Positions 1 through 10,931 of a stretch of DNA of 64,000 bases are shown one piece after another; positions within the stretch are counted from its first letter, which is position 1; every line of letters begins with the position of its first letter. The notes under the pieces are model-generated. The model was not told the DNA's origin and searched no databases. It worked only from the letters and a program-made list of their open reading frames with translations. The DNA is from Acidimicrobiia bacterium (GTDB lineage: Bacteria > Actinomycetota > Acidimicrobiia > Spongiisociales > ZC4RG35). The stretch is from assembly GCA_965203555.1 (NCBI GenBank), contig CBDBCY010000001.1:28427-92426 (forward strand), written 5' to 3'. A program made the position numbers and the translations under genes.

Positions 1-132
1 TCACCACCGCAGCCAATGCGTGCCGGCGAGCGATCTCAAACCGGTGAGGACTCCGGGCCGAGGATGAAGCCGCTGGGACTTAGTCATCGGACTTAGTCTA
101 TAATTCCGTTTGACAGGAACAGGAGGCCCGAC

Positions 133-369
133 ATGACTGCCACCGTGAATGTGCACCAAGCCAAAACACACCTGTCCAGGTTGATGGAACGCGCCCATGC
201 CGGAGAACAGATCGTCCTAGCAAAGGCCGGGAAACCCTACGCGCTGTTGGGACCTCTACCGCCGTCTCCGACGACCCGCCGGCCCGGACGACTGGCCGGG
301 GAGTACGTCGGCCCCGAGATTCTCCTGCCGTTGCCCGAGGCGGTGCTGGACGCCTGGGAGGGTCGTTGA
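133..369 (+). CDS. vapB: Phd/YefM-family antitoxin
   Basis: N-terminal VNVHQAKTHLSRLMERA Phd signature; overlaps the downstream PIN gene by 4 nt. Confidence 0.9.
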   Translation: MTATVNVHQAKTHLSRLMERAHAGEQIVLAKAGKPYALLGPLPPSPTTRRPGRLAGEYVGPEILLPLPEAVLDAWEGR

Positions 370-755
370 CGCGCCTGCTCTTGGACACCCACACCCTGCT
401 TTGGTGGTGGACCGACGATGACAGCCTCTCCGACGAGGCCCGGCAGGCGATAGCCGACCCCGGCGCCGAGGTTCACGTCAGCGCTGCCAGCGCCTGGGAG
501 ATCTCCACGCTGTGGAGACTGGGACGTATCGAGCACGCCCCCGGCGCCGTCAGTCGCTTCCACGAACTCGTGGCAGCCGATGGTTTTCACCATCTCGCCA
601 TCACCCACTTTCATAGTCTGCGAGCGGGCGGCTACGCAGTGGAACACCGGGATCCGTTCGATCGGATGCTGGCCGCTCAAAGCGAGTTGGAAGGACTGAC
701 CCTGGTCACCAGGGACATCGCCTTCACACAGTTTCCGGCCATCGTCTTCTGGTGA
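366..755 (+). CDS. vapC: VapC PIN-domain toxin
   Basis: LLLDTHTLLWW and HRDPFDRML...LVTRD PIN motifs. Confidence 0.93.
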   Translation: MTRLLLDTHTLLWWWTDDDSLSDEARQAIADPGAEVHVSAASAWEISTLWRLGRIEHAPGAVSRFHELVAADGFHHLAITHFHSLRAGGYAVEHRDPFDRMLAAQSELEGLTLVTRDIAFTQFPAIVFW

Positions 756-967
756 GCCCGCCGGCGCGCTCTGCATCCCGAGGGATGGTTGCTGCGGCCC
801 TTCGCCCCGGATGCAGAGACGATCTCGACAACGGCCACTCCCCGTCAAGTCCAGCCGCTGCCGGCGACCCCCTCAGATTCTCAGATTTCCACCTCGGCCA
901 ATGCAAGCCGGCGAGTGATCTCCGACCCTGAGTTCGAAGGCTGCGAAGACCCGCCGCATTACCAAAG

Positions 968-2821
968 TCACCCGGGAGCGCTGGAGCGGACGCCCGCGAA
1001 CACCGCGTCGGGGGTGGCGATGCGGCCGGCGCCGCCCTCGGGATAACGCTCGGGGGTGATTATCCCGTTCAAGGCATCTCGGAGGTAGATGGCCAACGAT
1101 TGTTGCGTCACGACCCCGAGCCGGGCCTGTCTCCCGTTCCCGAACAGGTACTGGTCGCCACCGTCGGCCAGGAAGTCCACCGTCGCCACCGTCACGTTGG
1201 GAGCGCCCTCCACCACCTCTCCGCCGCGCACCAGGACCGTCCCGTCGTCCAACTCGACCAGGAGCACCCGCTCACCGGCACCCACCACCGCATCATCCTC
1301 GATGACCTGCGCAACCCCTTCCGGATCGTAGACAAACCGCAGGCCCGCCACTTGAACAAACCGGCCTGCCGATTCTTCGACACGCGACACGGCGTTTTCC
1401 AACAGCACTTTCAACTGCGCCGCGGAGACATCCTCCACCACTGTCAGAACATTGCTGTAAGGAACGATGTCGAAGGTGTCCGACTCGGTGACCGGGCCGG
1501 GTGGAATAACGGAGTCGTTGCGGATCCCTCCCCCGTTCATGAGCGCCACATCCGGAAAGGGCGCGCCGAAGTCCGGTGCGAGCCGACGAGCATCCCACAG
1601 CAGCGCGTCGGCCACCAGGTCGCCCAGATTGGTCTCCATGGTCCTGACCCCGGGAGACCTCCGCCCGTCCAACGGGTCCGCAGTCATGCCGACCGCCGTG
1701 CCGGCCATCTCCTGCAATGCAGCCACCACCGGTTCGGTCACCTGCGACTGCACCTGCGGGTCCGGCGCCACGGCATCGGGTTCGGCGCCACCCGCCACCC
1801 TTACCAGGCCGCTGCCATCCTCCACTGCGATGACATTGCCGCGGGCATCAATGTCGAGGACCAACCGGCCCAGGTACGTGTAGTCACCCGGCGTGGTCAC
1901 CAATGCCACGGGGCGCCCGTCCGCCAAGGTGGCCGTTTGCGGGTAGGGACCGACAGGATCACCCTCGCCGGGCAGGAGCAAAGTGGTCTCATCAGCCAGC
2001 AGCGCGTTGCTGCCCCCGGCCACGATGGCGTCGACCCCGGTGAGACCGGCGGCCAGATCGATCTCACCCTGGAGAGACTGCAGATGGGTGGCCACAATGA
2101 TGATGTCTATCCCCTCCCGGGTGAGGCGGTCGATCTCGCCCTGGACGACCTCGGTCACCATGGCGTCGACGGTCACGTTGCGAAGGCTGGTGAGGAAAGG
2201 CAGATCCGGGGTGGTGGCGCCGATGATCCCGATCCTCCGTCCCTGCTTGGTGACGACCACCGAAGAAGCGATCCTTCCCTGCTCCACCAGGGCCTGCAGG
2301 GCCGGCTCCCCCGACATGTCCAGGTTGGCGCTGACAAAGGGAGCGTTACCGACCTCCTCCACCAGCCTGGCAAACAGATCGGGACCCTGATCGAATTCGT
2401 GGTTGCCGATGGTAAGGGCGTCGTAGCCGATCAGTTTGAGGGCGATCGCGTCATAGAACGGGCCCTCCCCGGTGAGGCTGGCCGACAGTTCCGGACCGCT
2501 CAGAATGTTGTCGCCCGAGGAGAGAGTCACCACCGCTGCTCCCTCCTGTTCCGCTTCCGATCGCACATCGTGCACCAGGGTGGCGAAACGAGCCACCCCG
2601 CCGAAGTCGGGAAGGTCGGCCCCTGCCTGCACCAGATGCGACTCTCCGTCGTTGTGGTGGAGGATCACCAGCCTGAGATCTTCCCCGCCCCCCTGCAAGG
2701 TCAGGAAGGCTGCGACCAGCACCGCCACGATGATGGGAATCACACTCCACCGGATCGGTCGGGCTTTCCTGCTCATCTGTGTTTCCGGATGCCTCCCGGT
2801 AATGCCATGCCCGCCTGACAT
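968..2821 (-). CDS. Secreted/membrane-anchored bifunctional metallophosphatase/5'-nucleotidase (true start may be slightly downstream)
   Basis: HHND, SSGD, GNHEFD, NGGGIR motifs; N-terminal hydrophobic segment. Confidence 0.9.
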   Translation of the reverse strand: MSGGHGITGRHPETQMSRKARPIRWSVIPIIVAVLVAAFLTLQGGGEDLRLVILHHNDGESHLVQAGADLPDFGGVARFATLVHDVRSEAEQEGAAVVTLSSGDNILSGPELSASLTGEGPFYDAIALKLIGYDALTIGNHEFDQGPDLFARLVEEVGNAPFVSANLDMSGEPALQALVEQGRIASSVVVTKQGRRIGIIGATTPDLPFLTSLRNVTVDAMVTEVVQGEIDRLTREGIDIIIVATHLQSLQGEIDLAAGLTGVDAIVAGGSNALLADETTLLLPGEGDPVGPYPQTATLADGRPVALVTTPGDYTYLGRLVLDIDARGNVIAVEDGSGLVRVAGGAEPDAVAPDPQVQSQVTEPVVAALQEMAGTAVGMTADPLDGRRSPGVRTMETNLGDLVADALLWDARRLAPDFGAPFPDVALMNGGGIRNDSVIPPGPVTESDTFDIVPYSNVLTVVEDVSAAQLKVLLENAVSRVEESAGRFVQVAGLRFVYDPEGVAQVIEDDAVVGAGERVLLVELDDGTVLVRGGEVVEGAPNVTVATVDFLADGGDQYLFGNGRQARLGVVTQQSLAIYLRDALNGIITPERYPEGGAGRIATPDAVFAGVRSSAPG

Positions 2822-2838
2822 CTCGGATGCAGGGAGAA

Positions 2839-3360
2839 CTAGCGGTAAGGGTCGGCGTATGGGCTTTCGACCTGGAAGGGTCTTCCCTCCTCTCCGAACT
2901 GGATCAACTCGATCGAGATGTCATCGGGGTCCCGGAGATAACAGGTTAGAGCCCCTTCATACCTGCCCCAGGCGCAACGGACCGGCTCGGATGAGCGAAA
3001 CTCGGCCCGTCCTCGCATACGCTCGTAGTCGCGGTAGATGTCCCGTGTCTCCAGGCAAATGTGGGTGTTCCCCGCGTTGTACGTCGCCATGTCCACCTTC
3101 CCGGGCGGAGGATTGTGATACTGCAGCATCTCCAGCACGGTGCCCCCGGGAAGCGCCCAGAAGGCGCCCGACATGTCGCAATCGGGATAACCCACGATGT
3201 CGCCCACGTAATCGTCGATCTCCGCCGCCACCCAGGTGCCCTGCATGAAGGGCTCCGACTCGAGGAAATGACTCCACCAGGGAACCGACACCCCCAGGTC
3301 CGTCACCGTTATCCCGATGTGATCAATCGACTTGAAAATCATCACCCACCTCCGAGGCAA
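2839..3360 (-). CDS. VOC/glyoxalase family protein
   Basis: DHIGITVTDL, LEMLQY, HICLE, YLRDPDDISIELIQ. Confidence 0.88.
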   Translation of the reverse strand: MPRRWVMIFKSIDHIGITVTDLGVSVPWWSHFLESEPFMQGTWVAAEIDDYVGDIVGYPDCDMSGAFWALPGGTVLEMLQYHNPPPGKVDMATYNAGNTHICLETRDIYRDYERMRGRAEFRSSEPVRCAWGRYEGALTCYLRDPDDISIELIQFGEEGRPFQVESPYADPYR

Positions 3361-3616
3361 ACCTCATACCATATGGCAGTTACGGGTCTTCCGCTCTTCT
3401 TGGCTAATACTCGGGCATGGTAACGATGCTCCTTCTCACCCGCCGACCTGCCCTGAATATGCCTTCAGAAAGCCCAGGAGTCCCCGATCTCCCATCCCAT
3501 AGGACCCCGTAAAGCTAGCCTCCGAAAATGGACAGAGCTGGGTTTGCCGTTGCGCATCGGGCAAAAGCGTCAATATCCTCCACAAAGCCCAGGCGGAGAA
3601 CGGGATCGTTCAGCCG

Positions 3617-4636
3617 ATGAACCCCGCCATCAAGGGGACGCTTTGGGCAGTGAGCGCCGTGGCTTTCGGCTCCTGGTTGCCCCTGTTCTATCTATTCACC
3701 CACGTCAGCAACGATCCGTTCGTGTGGCGCTCCTGGCTGATCATCTTCCAGAATGTGGCGATGATCCCAGTGTTCATCCTGTTACCGGCCAGGAACAAGG
3801 AATGGAGAGAGAAGGCCCGCCGGCTGCTGTTCTACTGGGAACAGAGAGGAACGCCCGTGCGCATCCGACGTCCCGTGCAGGTTGTGCGAACGCCGGCGTT
3901 TTGGATGGTGGTCTCCTTCGCTCTCGATCTGGCCTTCTGGGTGTGGGCGGCAACCCTGATCGACCCGCTGGTGGTCACCATCATCTTCCAGTTGGCCCTG
4001 ATCGGACTGGTGTGGTTGGCGGCCAGGCTAGGCCGGAAGATATCCCGCGGACAACAAATCTCTCCGCACGTCATAGGCGGGAGGCACTGGGCACTGATGA
4101 TCCTCTCTTTCCTGGGCGCCGCCCTGGTTATCTGGTCGGAAACCGGAACGATCAGAAACCTCAATTGGCTGGGAATAGCTGTGGCTGTGGCCGGCGCAGC
4201 CACCGCGGCCGCCAGTATGTGGGGAACCGTCTCCACCGGACGCATAATGGGGTGGCCCGGCAGCAACCCGAACGATCTGGTATGGAACGCTACCTTTTCG
4301 GCAGTGGCCGGACGGTTTCTCGCCCTGCCGTTGACCCTGGCCGCAAGCGCCCTGTTTTTCCCGCCGACGGACAAGAGTTTCGAACTCACCGGGACCACGC
4401 TGGGTTTTCTGAGTCTGGTTGGAGCCTTCAACGCGGCCGGAGCACTCAGCCACCGTTACTCCCTCTATGTCACCTCCAGTCTGAGCGTCCAGCGGATCAT
4501 GTTCTTCTCCCCGGTCCTCCAGATGCTGTGGATCTGGCTCTTCGCCGACGTCTCCATCGCCAACCCCGTGGCGCTCCTGGTCGGCACCGGGATCGTCCTC
4601 CTCTCCAACCTGGGCTGGCAGAGCGAAACGACTTGA
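3617..4636 (+). CDS. DMT/EamA-like membrane transporter, paralog 1
   Basis: 339 aa, about 10 hydrophobic segments, C-terminal PVLQMLWIWLF...GIVLLSNL resembling DMT proteins. Confidence 0.7.
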   Translation: MNPAIKGTLWAVSAVAFGSWLPLFYLFTHVSNDPFVWRSWLIIFQNVAMIPVFILLPARNKEWREKARRLLFYWEQRGTPVRIRRPVQVVRTPAFWMVVSFALDLAFWVWAATLIDPLVVTIIFQLALIGLVWLAARLGRKISRGQQISPHVIGGRHWALMILSFLGAALVIWSETGTIRNLNWLGIAVAVAGAATAAASMWGTVSTGRIMGWPGSNPNDLVWNATFSAVAGRFLALPLTLAASALFFPPTDKSFELTGTTLGFLSLVGAFNAAGALSHRYSLYVTSSLSVQRIMFFSPVLQMLWIWLFADVSIANPVALLVGTGIVLLSNLGWQSETT

Positions 4637-4831
4637 CCTGGACGCGGACATCTCAGCTTCCTGTTGCGGGTCCCCGCTGCACACACCGCTTCTCATGACG
4701 GCCCGCTCCCCAACCCGCCGACAACACAGTTAACCTCTGAGAATGGACAAAGGCTCGCCATGGTTTGCCCTCCGCGGTCACCTGTCGCCAGCCCCTAGCG
4801 AGTCGGAGCGGAAAGTGGGATCGTTCGATCG

Positions 4832-5851
4832 GTGAACCCAACCACCAAGGGAACTCTGTGGGCCGTGGGCTCGGTGGTTACCGGTTCCTGGTTGCCACTG
4901 CTGTATTTCGTCACCCATGTCAGCGACGACCCCTTCGTGTGGCGCTGCTGGGCGTTCGTCTTCCAAGCGTTGACCCTGGCGCCGCTGTTCCTTCTGATTC
5001 CCGCCACCAATAGGAACTGGCGGGAGAAGATCCGAAAACTCCTGTTCTACTGGGGAGACACCGGAGAACCGGTCCCAGTTCGAAGTCCCATGGAGGTATT
5101 GCGAACTCCGGCGTTGTGGATGGTGATCTCCTACCCTCTCGACTTGGCTTTGTGGGTCTGGGCGGCCACTCTGATCGACCCGCTGGTGGTGACCGTCATC
5201 TTCCAGTTACTGGTGATTGGCATGGTGTGGATGGCAGCCAGGCTGGGAAGGAAGATTTCCACCGGAAAACGGGCGTCCCCCCATGTCATAAGCAGAAAGT
5301 ACTGGCTGCTGATGGTGCTCTCCTTCCTTGGGGCAGCCCTGGTCATCTGGTCGGAGACCGCCACAGTCGGAGCCATCAACTGGTTGGGAATAGCCTTGGC
5401 GTTCGGTGGCGCCGCCACCGCGGTCGGCAGTCTTTGGGGAACCGTCTCCGCCGGACGCCTCATGGCATGGCCCGGCGGGTCCGCCCATGACATGGTGTGG
5501 AACGCCACCTTAGCTGCGGTGGGCGGACGGATTCTCGCCTTTCCCCTCGCCCTGGCCGGAAGCATCCTGTTCTTCCCGCCGACCGACAACAACTTCGATA
5601 TCAACTGGTCCACCCTGGGATTGCTGACCCTCATGGGACTCTCCAACGCGGTGGGCGCGCTCGGCTACCGGTATTCGATGTATGTGACCTCCAGCTTGAG
5701 CGTCCAGCGCATCATGTTCTTCAACCCGGTCCTCCAGATGTTTTGGATCTGGCTCTTCGCCGACGTCTCCATCGCCAACCCCGTGGCGCTCCTGATCGGC
5801 GCCGGAATCGTGCTCCTCTCCAACCTGGGCTGGCAGACCAAATCCGGTTGA
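4832..5851 (+). CDS. DMT/EamA-like membrane transporter, paralog 2
   Basis: 339 aa, colinear paralog of 3617..4636. Confidence 0.7.
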   Translation: MNPTTKGTLWAVGSVVTGSWLPLLYFVTHVSDDPFVWRCWAFVFQALTLAPLFLLIPATNRNWREKIRKLLFYWGDTGEPVPVRSPMEVLRTPALWMVISYPLDLALWVWAATLIDPLVVTVIFQLLVIGMVWMAARLGRKISTGKRASPHVISRKYWLLMVLSFLGAALVIWSETATVGAINWLGIALAFGGAATAVGSLWGTVSAGRLMAWPGGSAHDMVWNATLAAVGGRILAFPLALAGSILFFPPTDNNFDINWSTLGLLTLMGLSNAVGALGYRYSMYVTSSLSVQRIMFFNPVLQMFWIWLFADVSIANPVALLIGAGIVLLSNLGWQTKSG

Positions 5852-6008
5852 AATCGCCCCCCGGTATCAGCTGCCACAGAGAGGCCCGCTTCCCCGCACA
5901 GGGGCCTCACCGGAAAGCTAACCTCCAAGGGCACGAAGCGCGCCAGCGGCAGCCCGACAGAGTGGTGTCGCCAGCTCCACCAGACCAGAGAACAGGATCG
6001 TTCGAGCG

Positions 6009-7028
6009 GTGAACCCAACCATCAAGGGGACGTTGTGGGCGGTGAGCGCGGTTGTCGGGCTCTCCTGGCTGCCTCTGTTCTATCTCTACACCCATGTCAG
6101 CGACGACCCCTTCGTGTGGCGCTCCTGGTCGTTCGTATTCCAGGCGGCCGGGTTGGCGCCGGTGCTTTTCGTGCTACAGACCAAGAACAAGAACTGGAAG
6201 GAGAAGGCTGGCAAGCTGCTGTACTACTGGGGAGACACCGGAGAACCGATACGCATTCACAATCCCCTGGAAGTGGTGCGAACGCCGGCGTTCTGGATGG
6301 CGATCGGATTCGCGGTCGATCTGGCTTTCTGGGTGTGGGCGGCCACTCTGATCGACCCGCTGGTGGTGACCATCATCTTCCAGTTGGCTTTTATAGGAAA
6401 TGTGTGGATGGCGGCCCGACTGGGCAGGAAGATATCCACAGGCGACCGCACCTCGCCGCACGTCATTGGCGGTAAGCACTGGGGCCTGATGGCCCTTGCT
6501 TTCCTGGGCGCCGCCCTGGTCATCTGGTCGGAGACCGGCGAGATCGGAACCCTCCACTGGCTCGGTGTAGCGGTTGCGTTTGTCGGCACCGCCACCGGCG
6601 TCGCAAGTCTGTGGGGGACCATCTCGCTGGGACGCATAATGGGGTGGCCCGGAGACGACCCCATGGACCTGGCATGGAACTCCACCTTTGCGGCCGTGGC
6701 CGCACGGGTGCTCGCCCTCCCCCTGACCTTGGCAGGAAGCGCCCTGTTCTTCCCGCCGACCGAAAACGCCTTCGACATCAACTGGACCATCGTCGGTTTC
6801 TTCAGCCTGATAGGAATCTTCAACATGGTGGGGTCACTCAGCTACCGGTTCTCCATGTACGTGACCTCCAGTTTGAGCGTCCAGCGCATCATGTTCTTCA
6901 CCCCTGTCCTCCAGATGCTTTGGATATGGCTCTTCGTAGACGTCACTATCGCCAACCCCCCGGCGCTTCTGATCGGCAGCGGGATCGTACTCCTCTCCAA
7001 CCTGGGATGGCAGACCGAAGAGGGATGA
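6009..7028 (+). CDS. DMT/EamA-like membrane transporter, paralog 3
   Basis: 339 aa, colinear paralog of the previous two. Confidence 0.7.
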   Translation: MNPTIKGTLWAVSAVVGLSWLPLFYLYTHVSDDPFVWRSWSFVFQAAGLAPVLFVLQTKNKNWKEKAGKLLYYWGDTGEPIRIHNPLEVVRTPAFWMAIGFAVDLAFWVWAATLIDPLVVTIIFQLAFIGNVWMAARLGRKISTGDRTSPHVIGGKHWGLMALAFLGAALVIWSETGEIGTLHWLGVAVAFVGTATGVASLWGTISLGRIMGWPGDDPMDLAWNSTFAAVAARVLALPLTLAGSALFFPPTENAFDINWTIVGFFSLIGIFNMVGSLSYRFSMYVTSSLSVQRIMFFTPVLQMLWIWLFVDVTIANPPALLIGSGIVLLSNLGWQTEEG

Positions 7029-7139
7029 CCTCGACTGCAGACATCTTGGCAATGGCTCATACCTGACGCACCTCCGGGACTTTCGGCAACGGGTTTTTGC
7101 GCACGGCATTCCCTGATTCGATACAATCCCAAAACCGAA

Positions 7140-9380
7140 ATGGTTTCCCCCTCCCCACCCCGTGGCAAATACGATCCCCGGCATGTCCAGGGTCGCCGTC
7201 CTGTTGGTATTGCAGAGGCGAGGAAAACAGTTTCAGAAGCCCAGCAGATCGCGAGGGAAGCGGCAGGTCTTCTCGCTACTTTGGAATCCGCCGAACGAAA
7301 GGCATTTGATGCCTACAGCCAAGAACGGGAAAGCTCTGTGAGCCGACACCTGTCCGTGACGCCGATTGAAGAAATCAAAAGGGTTGCGCCTCGTCCGATC
7401 CGACTGAAGGCGGTCAAGTCGGCAGGAATTCGTACAGTAGGGGCCGCTCAGAGAGCAGGATATGGACTCGACTCCATCAGAGGCGTCGGTTCCCGCACCT
7501 CAACGAGAATCCTTTCCGCCGCCGCCGAGTACGAAGAGGTTCTTCGTAGGGACTGGAGAGTCCGTTTCGATGTGGAGAACCGTCCGGGGACACAAACACA
7601 CCTTCTCTCTCGGTTGAGTGCTCTGAACATCGCCCGCCGACACATCATGCCGGCGCGTCCCCGATTGGAGGAATTGCATCACGCTATCCAGGAGTTCACC
7701 CAAATGGCAGGCCTCCTTTGCCGACGGATCCTGCGACTCTTCGCCGGACGAAAACGAACAGCCAGGGCAAGAGCAGCGTTTGAGAATCTGGTTGGACTCT
7801 TGAGCAGTTCGGGCACTATTGCCCTAACCGAAGAAATGAAGGCCATCAATCAACGGCTGTCCTTTTGGGAACACGATCTCCGTGGGATCTGGGATGACTA
7901 TATGGCCGAACCCATAACCTACAACGGACTCCTCGACGAGATCGGGGAACAGGAACCGCAGGAGGAGGCCTCCCAGGGTTTCCTGCCCCAAGAGATCGTT
8001 GATCGTGTAAACGCCTTCAGCCTGGACAAACGCCTACTCACAGCCTCATTGAGGGGCTACCAAGCCTTCGGCGCCAGATACGCACTGGTTCAGGAGCGAA
8101 CCATCCTGGGGGATGAGATGGGTTTGGGCAAGACGATCGAGGCTCTGGCCGTTATGTGCCATCTGCATTCGGGAGGAGCCATGCATTCCTTCGTGGTCTG
8201 TCCGGCCAGCGTGCTGGCGAACTGGGAACGTGAGATAATCAGCCACACTCGCCTCCGTAGAACATGGCGACTCCACGGCTTCAATCGGGAAGGCTCTCTC
8301 CGACAATGGGCTCTTGAAGGAGGCGTGGCCATCACTACTTTCGACACCCTCGGATCTCTTGACCTTCCCAATGTCGAGATCGCGGTGGCGGTGATCGATG
8401 AAGCCCACTACGTAAAGAATCCCGATACGAAGCGAACCAAGAACGTCCGGTCTCTGCTTGCCCAGTCGAAACGTCACCTGCTGATGAGCGGAACCCCGAT
8501 GGAAAACCGTGTCGACGAGTTCCGCGTGCTGATAGACCATATTCGTCCCGCTATGGCCGCGACGATAAGCACTGCCGACACCATTACCGGAGCAAACACT
8601 TTTCGTAAGGCGGTGGCACCCGTCTATCTGAGGCGCAACCAGGAGGATGTCCTGAGCGAACTTCCGGACAAGATCGAAGTGGAGGATTGGTTGGAACTGA
8701 GCGGACACTCCGCTGAGAGGTATCGACAAGCCGTATCCACCGGGAACTTCATGGCTATGCGACGCGCGGTTTTCCTTACAGACCGTCCCTCGGATTCTCC
8801 AAAACTGAGTAGATTACTTGAGATTGTCGAAGAAGCCATGGCCAACAACCAAAAGACCGTGGTCTTCTCGTTTTTTCGCGATGTCATTGACCGAACATTC
8901 AAAGTCCTCGGATCTGACGCGTTCGGACCTCTAACCGGCGGTGTGTCGGCACCTAATCGCCAAAAACTGTTGGACGAATTTTCCCGCGCCCCAAATCCAG
9001 GGGTTCTGGTCAGTCAAATCGAAGCGGGCGGCGTAGGGCTCAATATTCAGGCGGCCTCGGTTGTCATCCTGACCGAACCTCAATGGAAACCGAGCGTCGA
9101 AGAGCAAGCTATCGCAAGGTGTCACCGTATGGGACAAGTCCGACCCGTACAGGTTCATCGCTTGCTTACCGAGAACAGTGTCGACGAACACATGCGGGAA
9201 ATATTGTCCCGCAAATCCGTACTCTTCGCCGAGTACGCCCGAAAGAGCGCCATGAAGGAGGCGACACCACAGGCCGTGGACACAACCGACGGAGACAACA
9301 TTCGGACAGCTGGCACCCAGGCCGAACAGGAACGTCGCATTATCGAATTCGAAAGACGCCGACTCGGTGTGCATACCTGA
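7140..9380 (+). CDS. SNF2-family (DEAD/DEAH) helicase
   Basis: LGDEMGLGKT, DEAH, SGTPMEN, GGVGLN, QAIARCHRMGQ motifs. Confidence 0.93.
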   Translation: MVSPSPPRGKYDPRHVQGRRPVGIAEARKTVSEAQQIAREAAGLLATLESAERKAFDAYSQERESSVSRHLSVTPIEEIKRVAPRPIRLKAVKSAGIRTVGAAQRAGYGLDSIRGVGSRTSTRILSAAAEYEEVLRRDWRVRFDVENRPGTQTHLLSRLSALNIARRHIMPARPRLEELHHAIQEFTQMAGLLCRRILRLFAGRKRTARARAAFENLVGLLSSSGTIALTEEMKAINQRLSFWEHDLRGIWDDYMAEPITYNGLLDEIGEQEPQEEASQGFLPQEIVDRVNAFSLDKRLLTASLRGYQAFGARYALVQERTILGDEMGLGKTIEALAVMCHLHSGGAMHSFVVCPASVLANWEREIISHTRLRRTWRLHGFNREGSLRQWALEGGVAITTFDTLGSLDLPNVEIAVAVIDEAHYVKNPDTKRTKNVRSLLAQSKRHLLMSGTPMENRVDEFRVLIDHIRPAMAATISTADTITGANTFRKAVAPVYLRRNQEDVLSELPDKIEVEDWLELSGHSAERYRQAVSTGNFMAMRRAVFLTDRPSDSPKLSRLLEIVEEAMANNQKTVVFSFFRDVIDRTFKVLGSDAFGPLTGGVSAPNRQKLLDEFSRAPNPGVLVSQIEAGGVGLNIQAASVVILTEPQWKPSVEEQAIARCHRMGQVRPVQVHRLLTENSVDEHMREILSRKSVLFAEYARKSAMKEATPQAVDTTDGDNIRTAGTQAEQERRIIEFERRRLGVHT

Positions 9381-9407
9381 AATGGCAGGAAGGCAATTCG
9401 GAGGGTC

Positions 9408-10931
9408 ATGGTCTCTCTGGTAACCGATCTCCTCGACCGGTCGGCTCGTCTGTATCCGCAACGGTGTGCCGTGCGGATAGTGGGGGGGCCGTCGCTCACC
9501 TACGCCCGACTGTCCCACAGGGTGGAGCAGGTGGCGGGCGCCCTGAGACGGCTCGGCGTGCGAAGGGGCGACCGAGTGGCGGTGATGGCTCCCGCGGGAC
9601 TGGCGTTCTTCGACGCCTATCTGGGCGCCGCCCGGCTGGGCGCCGCCGCCGTTCCCTTCTCGACAAGGCTGGCCCCGGCCGAGGTCGCCCGACAGTTGGC
9701 CGACGCCGATCCCCGGGCCGCCATCGTCGCAGCGGCATACGCAGAGTTGGTGGCGCGGGCCGGGGACCCTGGGATGGCCGTGCTTGAACATGAAAGCTCC
9801 GAATACCGCCAAATGCTGTCCTCGTCTCATCCGGTTCCCCACAAAGCCCGACCCGAGGACACGGCATTGATCATCTACACCAGCGGCACCACCGGAGATC
9901 CCAAGGGGGTGTGCCTGTCCCAGCGGGCTCTGACCTTCAATGCCTTCGTGACGGCCGTCGCCCAGGGGCTTGTCCCGACTGACGTGTACCTGTCTGCTAC
10001 CCCTCTTTATCACGCCTCGGCGGGACTGCGGGTGATCACCATGCTGGTGGATGGACAGTCCCATGTGGTGCTCCCTTCGTTCAACGCCGACGATGCGATG
10101 CGAACCATCTCCGCTACAGGAGTGACCACCACCATCATGGTTGCCACCCAGTTGCAGAGAATCCTTGACTCTCCCGGTTTCGATCCCGACCTGTTTCGTT
10201 CCATGCGACTGTTGCTGTACGGCGCGGCTTCCACCCGCTCCAATCTGGTCGAGAGGATGATGGAATCTCTGCCCTGCGGTCTCTATCACGGGTACGGACT
10301 AACCGAGGCCACCGCGGCGTGCGCGGCTTTGGGCGCCGAGGACCATGAACGCAGGATCGGCATCACTTCAAGCGGGCTCTCCATCGGCCGTCCCATGGTG
10401 GGAGTGGATATAAGGATCGCCACCCGTGAAGGCCGGGACACCGAACCTGAACAGGTGGGCGAATTGCTGATCCGCACTCCAAAGCTGATGTCGGGTTACT
10501 GGAAACAACCTCAGGCCACCGAAGCAGCCATCCGGGATGGCTGGCTCCACACCGGAGACCTGGGTTATCACACCGAGCAGGGTTACCTGTACCTGTCGGG
10601 ACGGCTCAAGGAACTGGTTATCAGCGGGGGCGTCAACATCTACCCCCCGCAGATTGAACATGTTCTCTCCCATCATCCCCAGGTGGCGGAGATCGCAGTG
10701 ATCGGCCTGCCCGACCGCCATTGGGGCGAGGCCGTGACGGCGGTGGTGGTTCCCCGCCCCGGCCCCAGCCCGACGCTGGAGGACATAGGCCGGTGGGTGA
10801 GTGACCGACTGGCTTCCCACATGAAACCCAAACGACTGATCCTTGCCGACCGGCTCCCTCGCGGCGCAACCGGAAAAGTGCAAAAGCACCGGCTGGTCGC
10901 GTTGCACAGCGAATTGGAAGCCGACCAATGA
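9408..10931 (+). CDS. AMP-binding acyl-CoA synthetase
   Basis: YTSGTTGDPKG, YGLTE, WLHTGDLG, GKVQK. Confidence 0.93.
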   Translation: MVSLVTDLLDRSARLYPQRCAVRIVGGPSLTYARLSHRVEQVAGALRRLGVRRGDRVAVMAPAGLAFFDAYLGAARLGAAAVPFSTRLAPAEVARQLADADPRAAIVAAAYAELVARAGDPGMAVLEHESSEYRQMLSSSHPVPHKARPEDTALIIYTSGTTGDPKGVCLSQRALTFNAFVTAVAQGLVPTDVYLSATPLYHASAGLRVITMLVDGQSHVVLPSFNADDAMRTISATGVTTTIMVATQLQRILDSPGFDPDLFRSMRLLLYGAASTRSNLVERMMESLPCGLYHGYGLTEATAACAALGAEDHERRIGITSSGLSIGRPMVGVDIRIATREGRDTEPEQVGELLIRTPKLMSGYWKQPQATEAAIRDGWLHTGDLGYHTEQGYLYLSGRLKELVISGGVNIYPPQIEHVLSHHPQVAEIAVIGLPDRHWGEAVTAVVVPRPGPSPTLEDIGRWVSDRLASHMKPKRLILADRLPRGATGKVQKHRLVALHSELEADQ

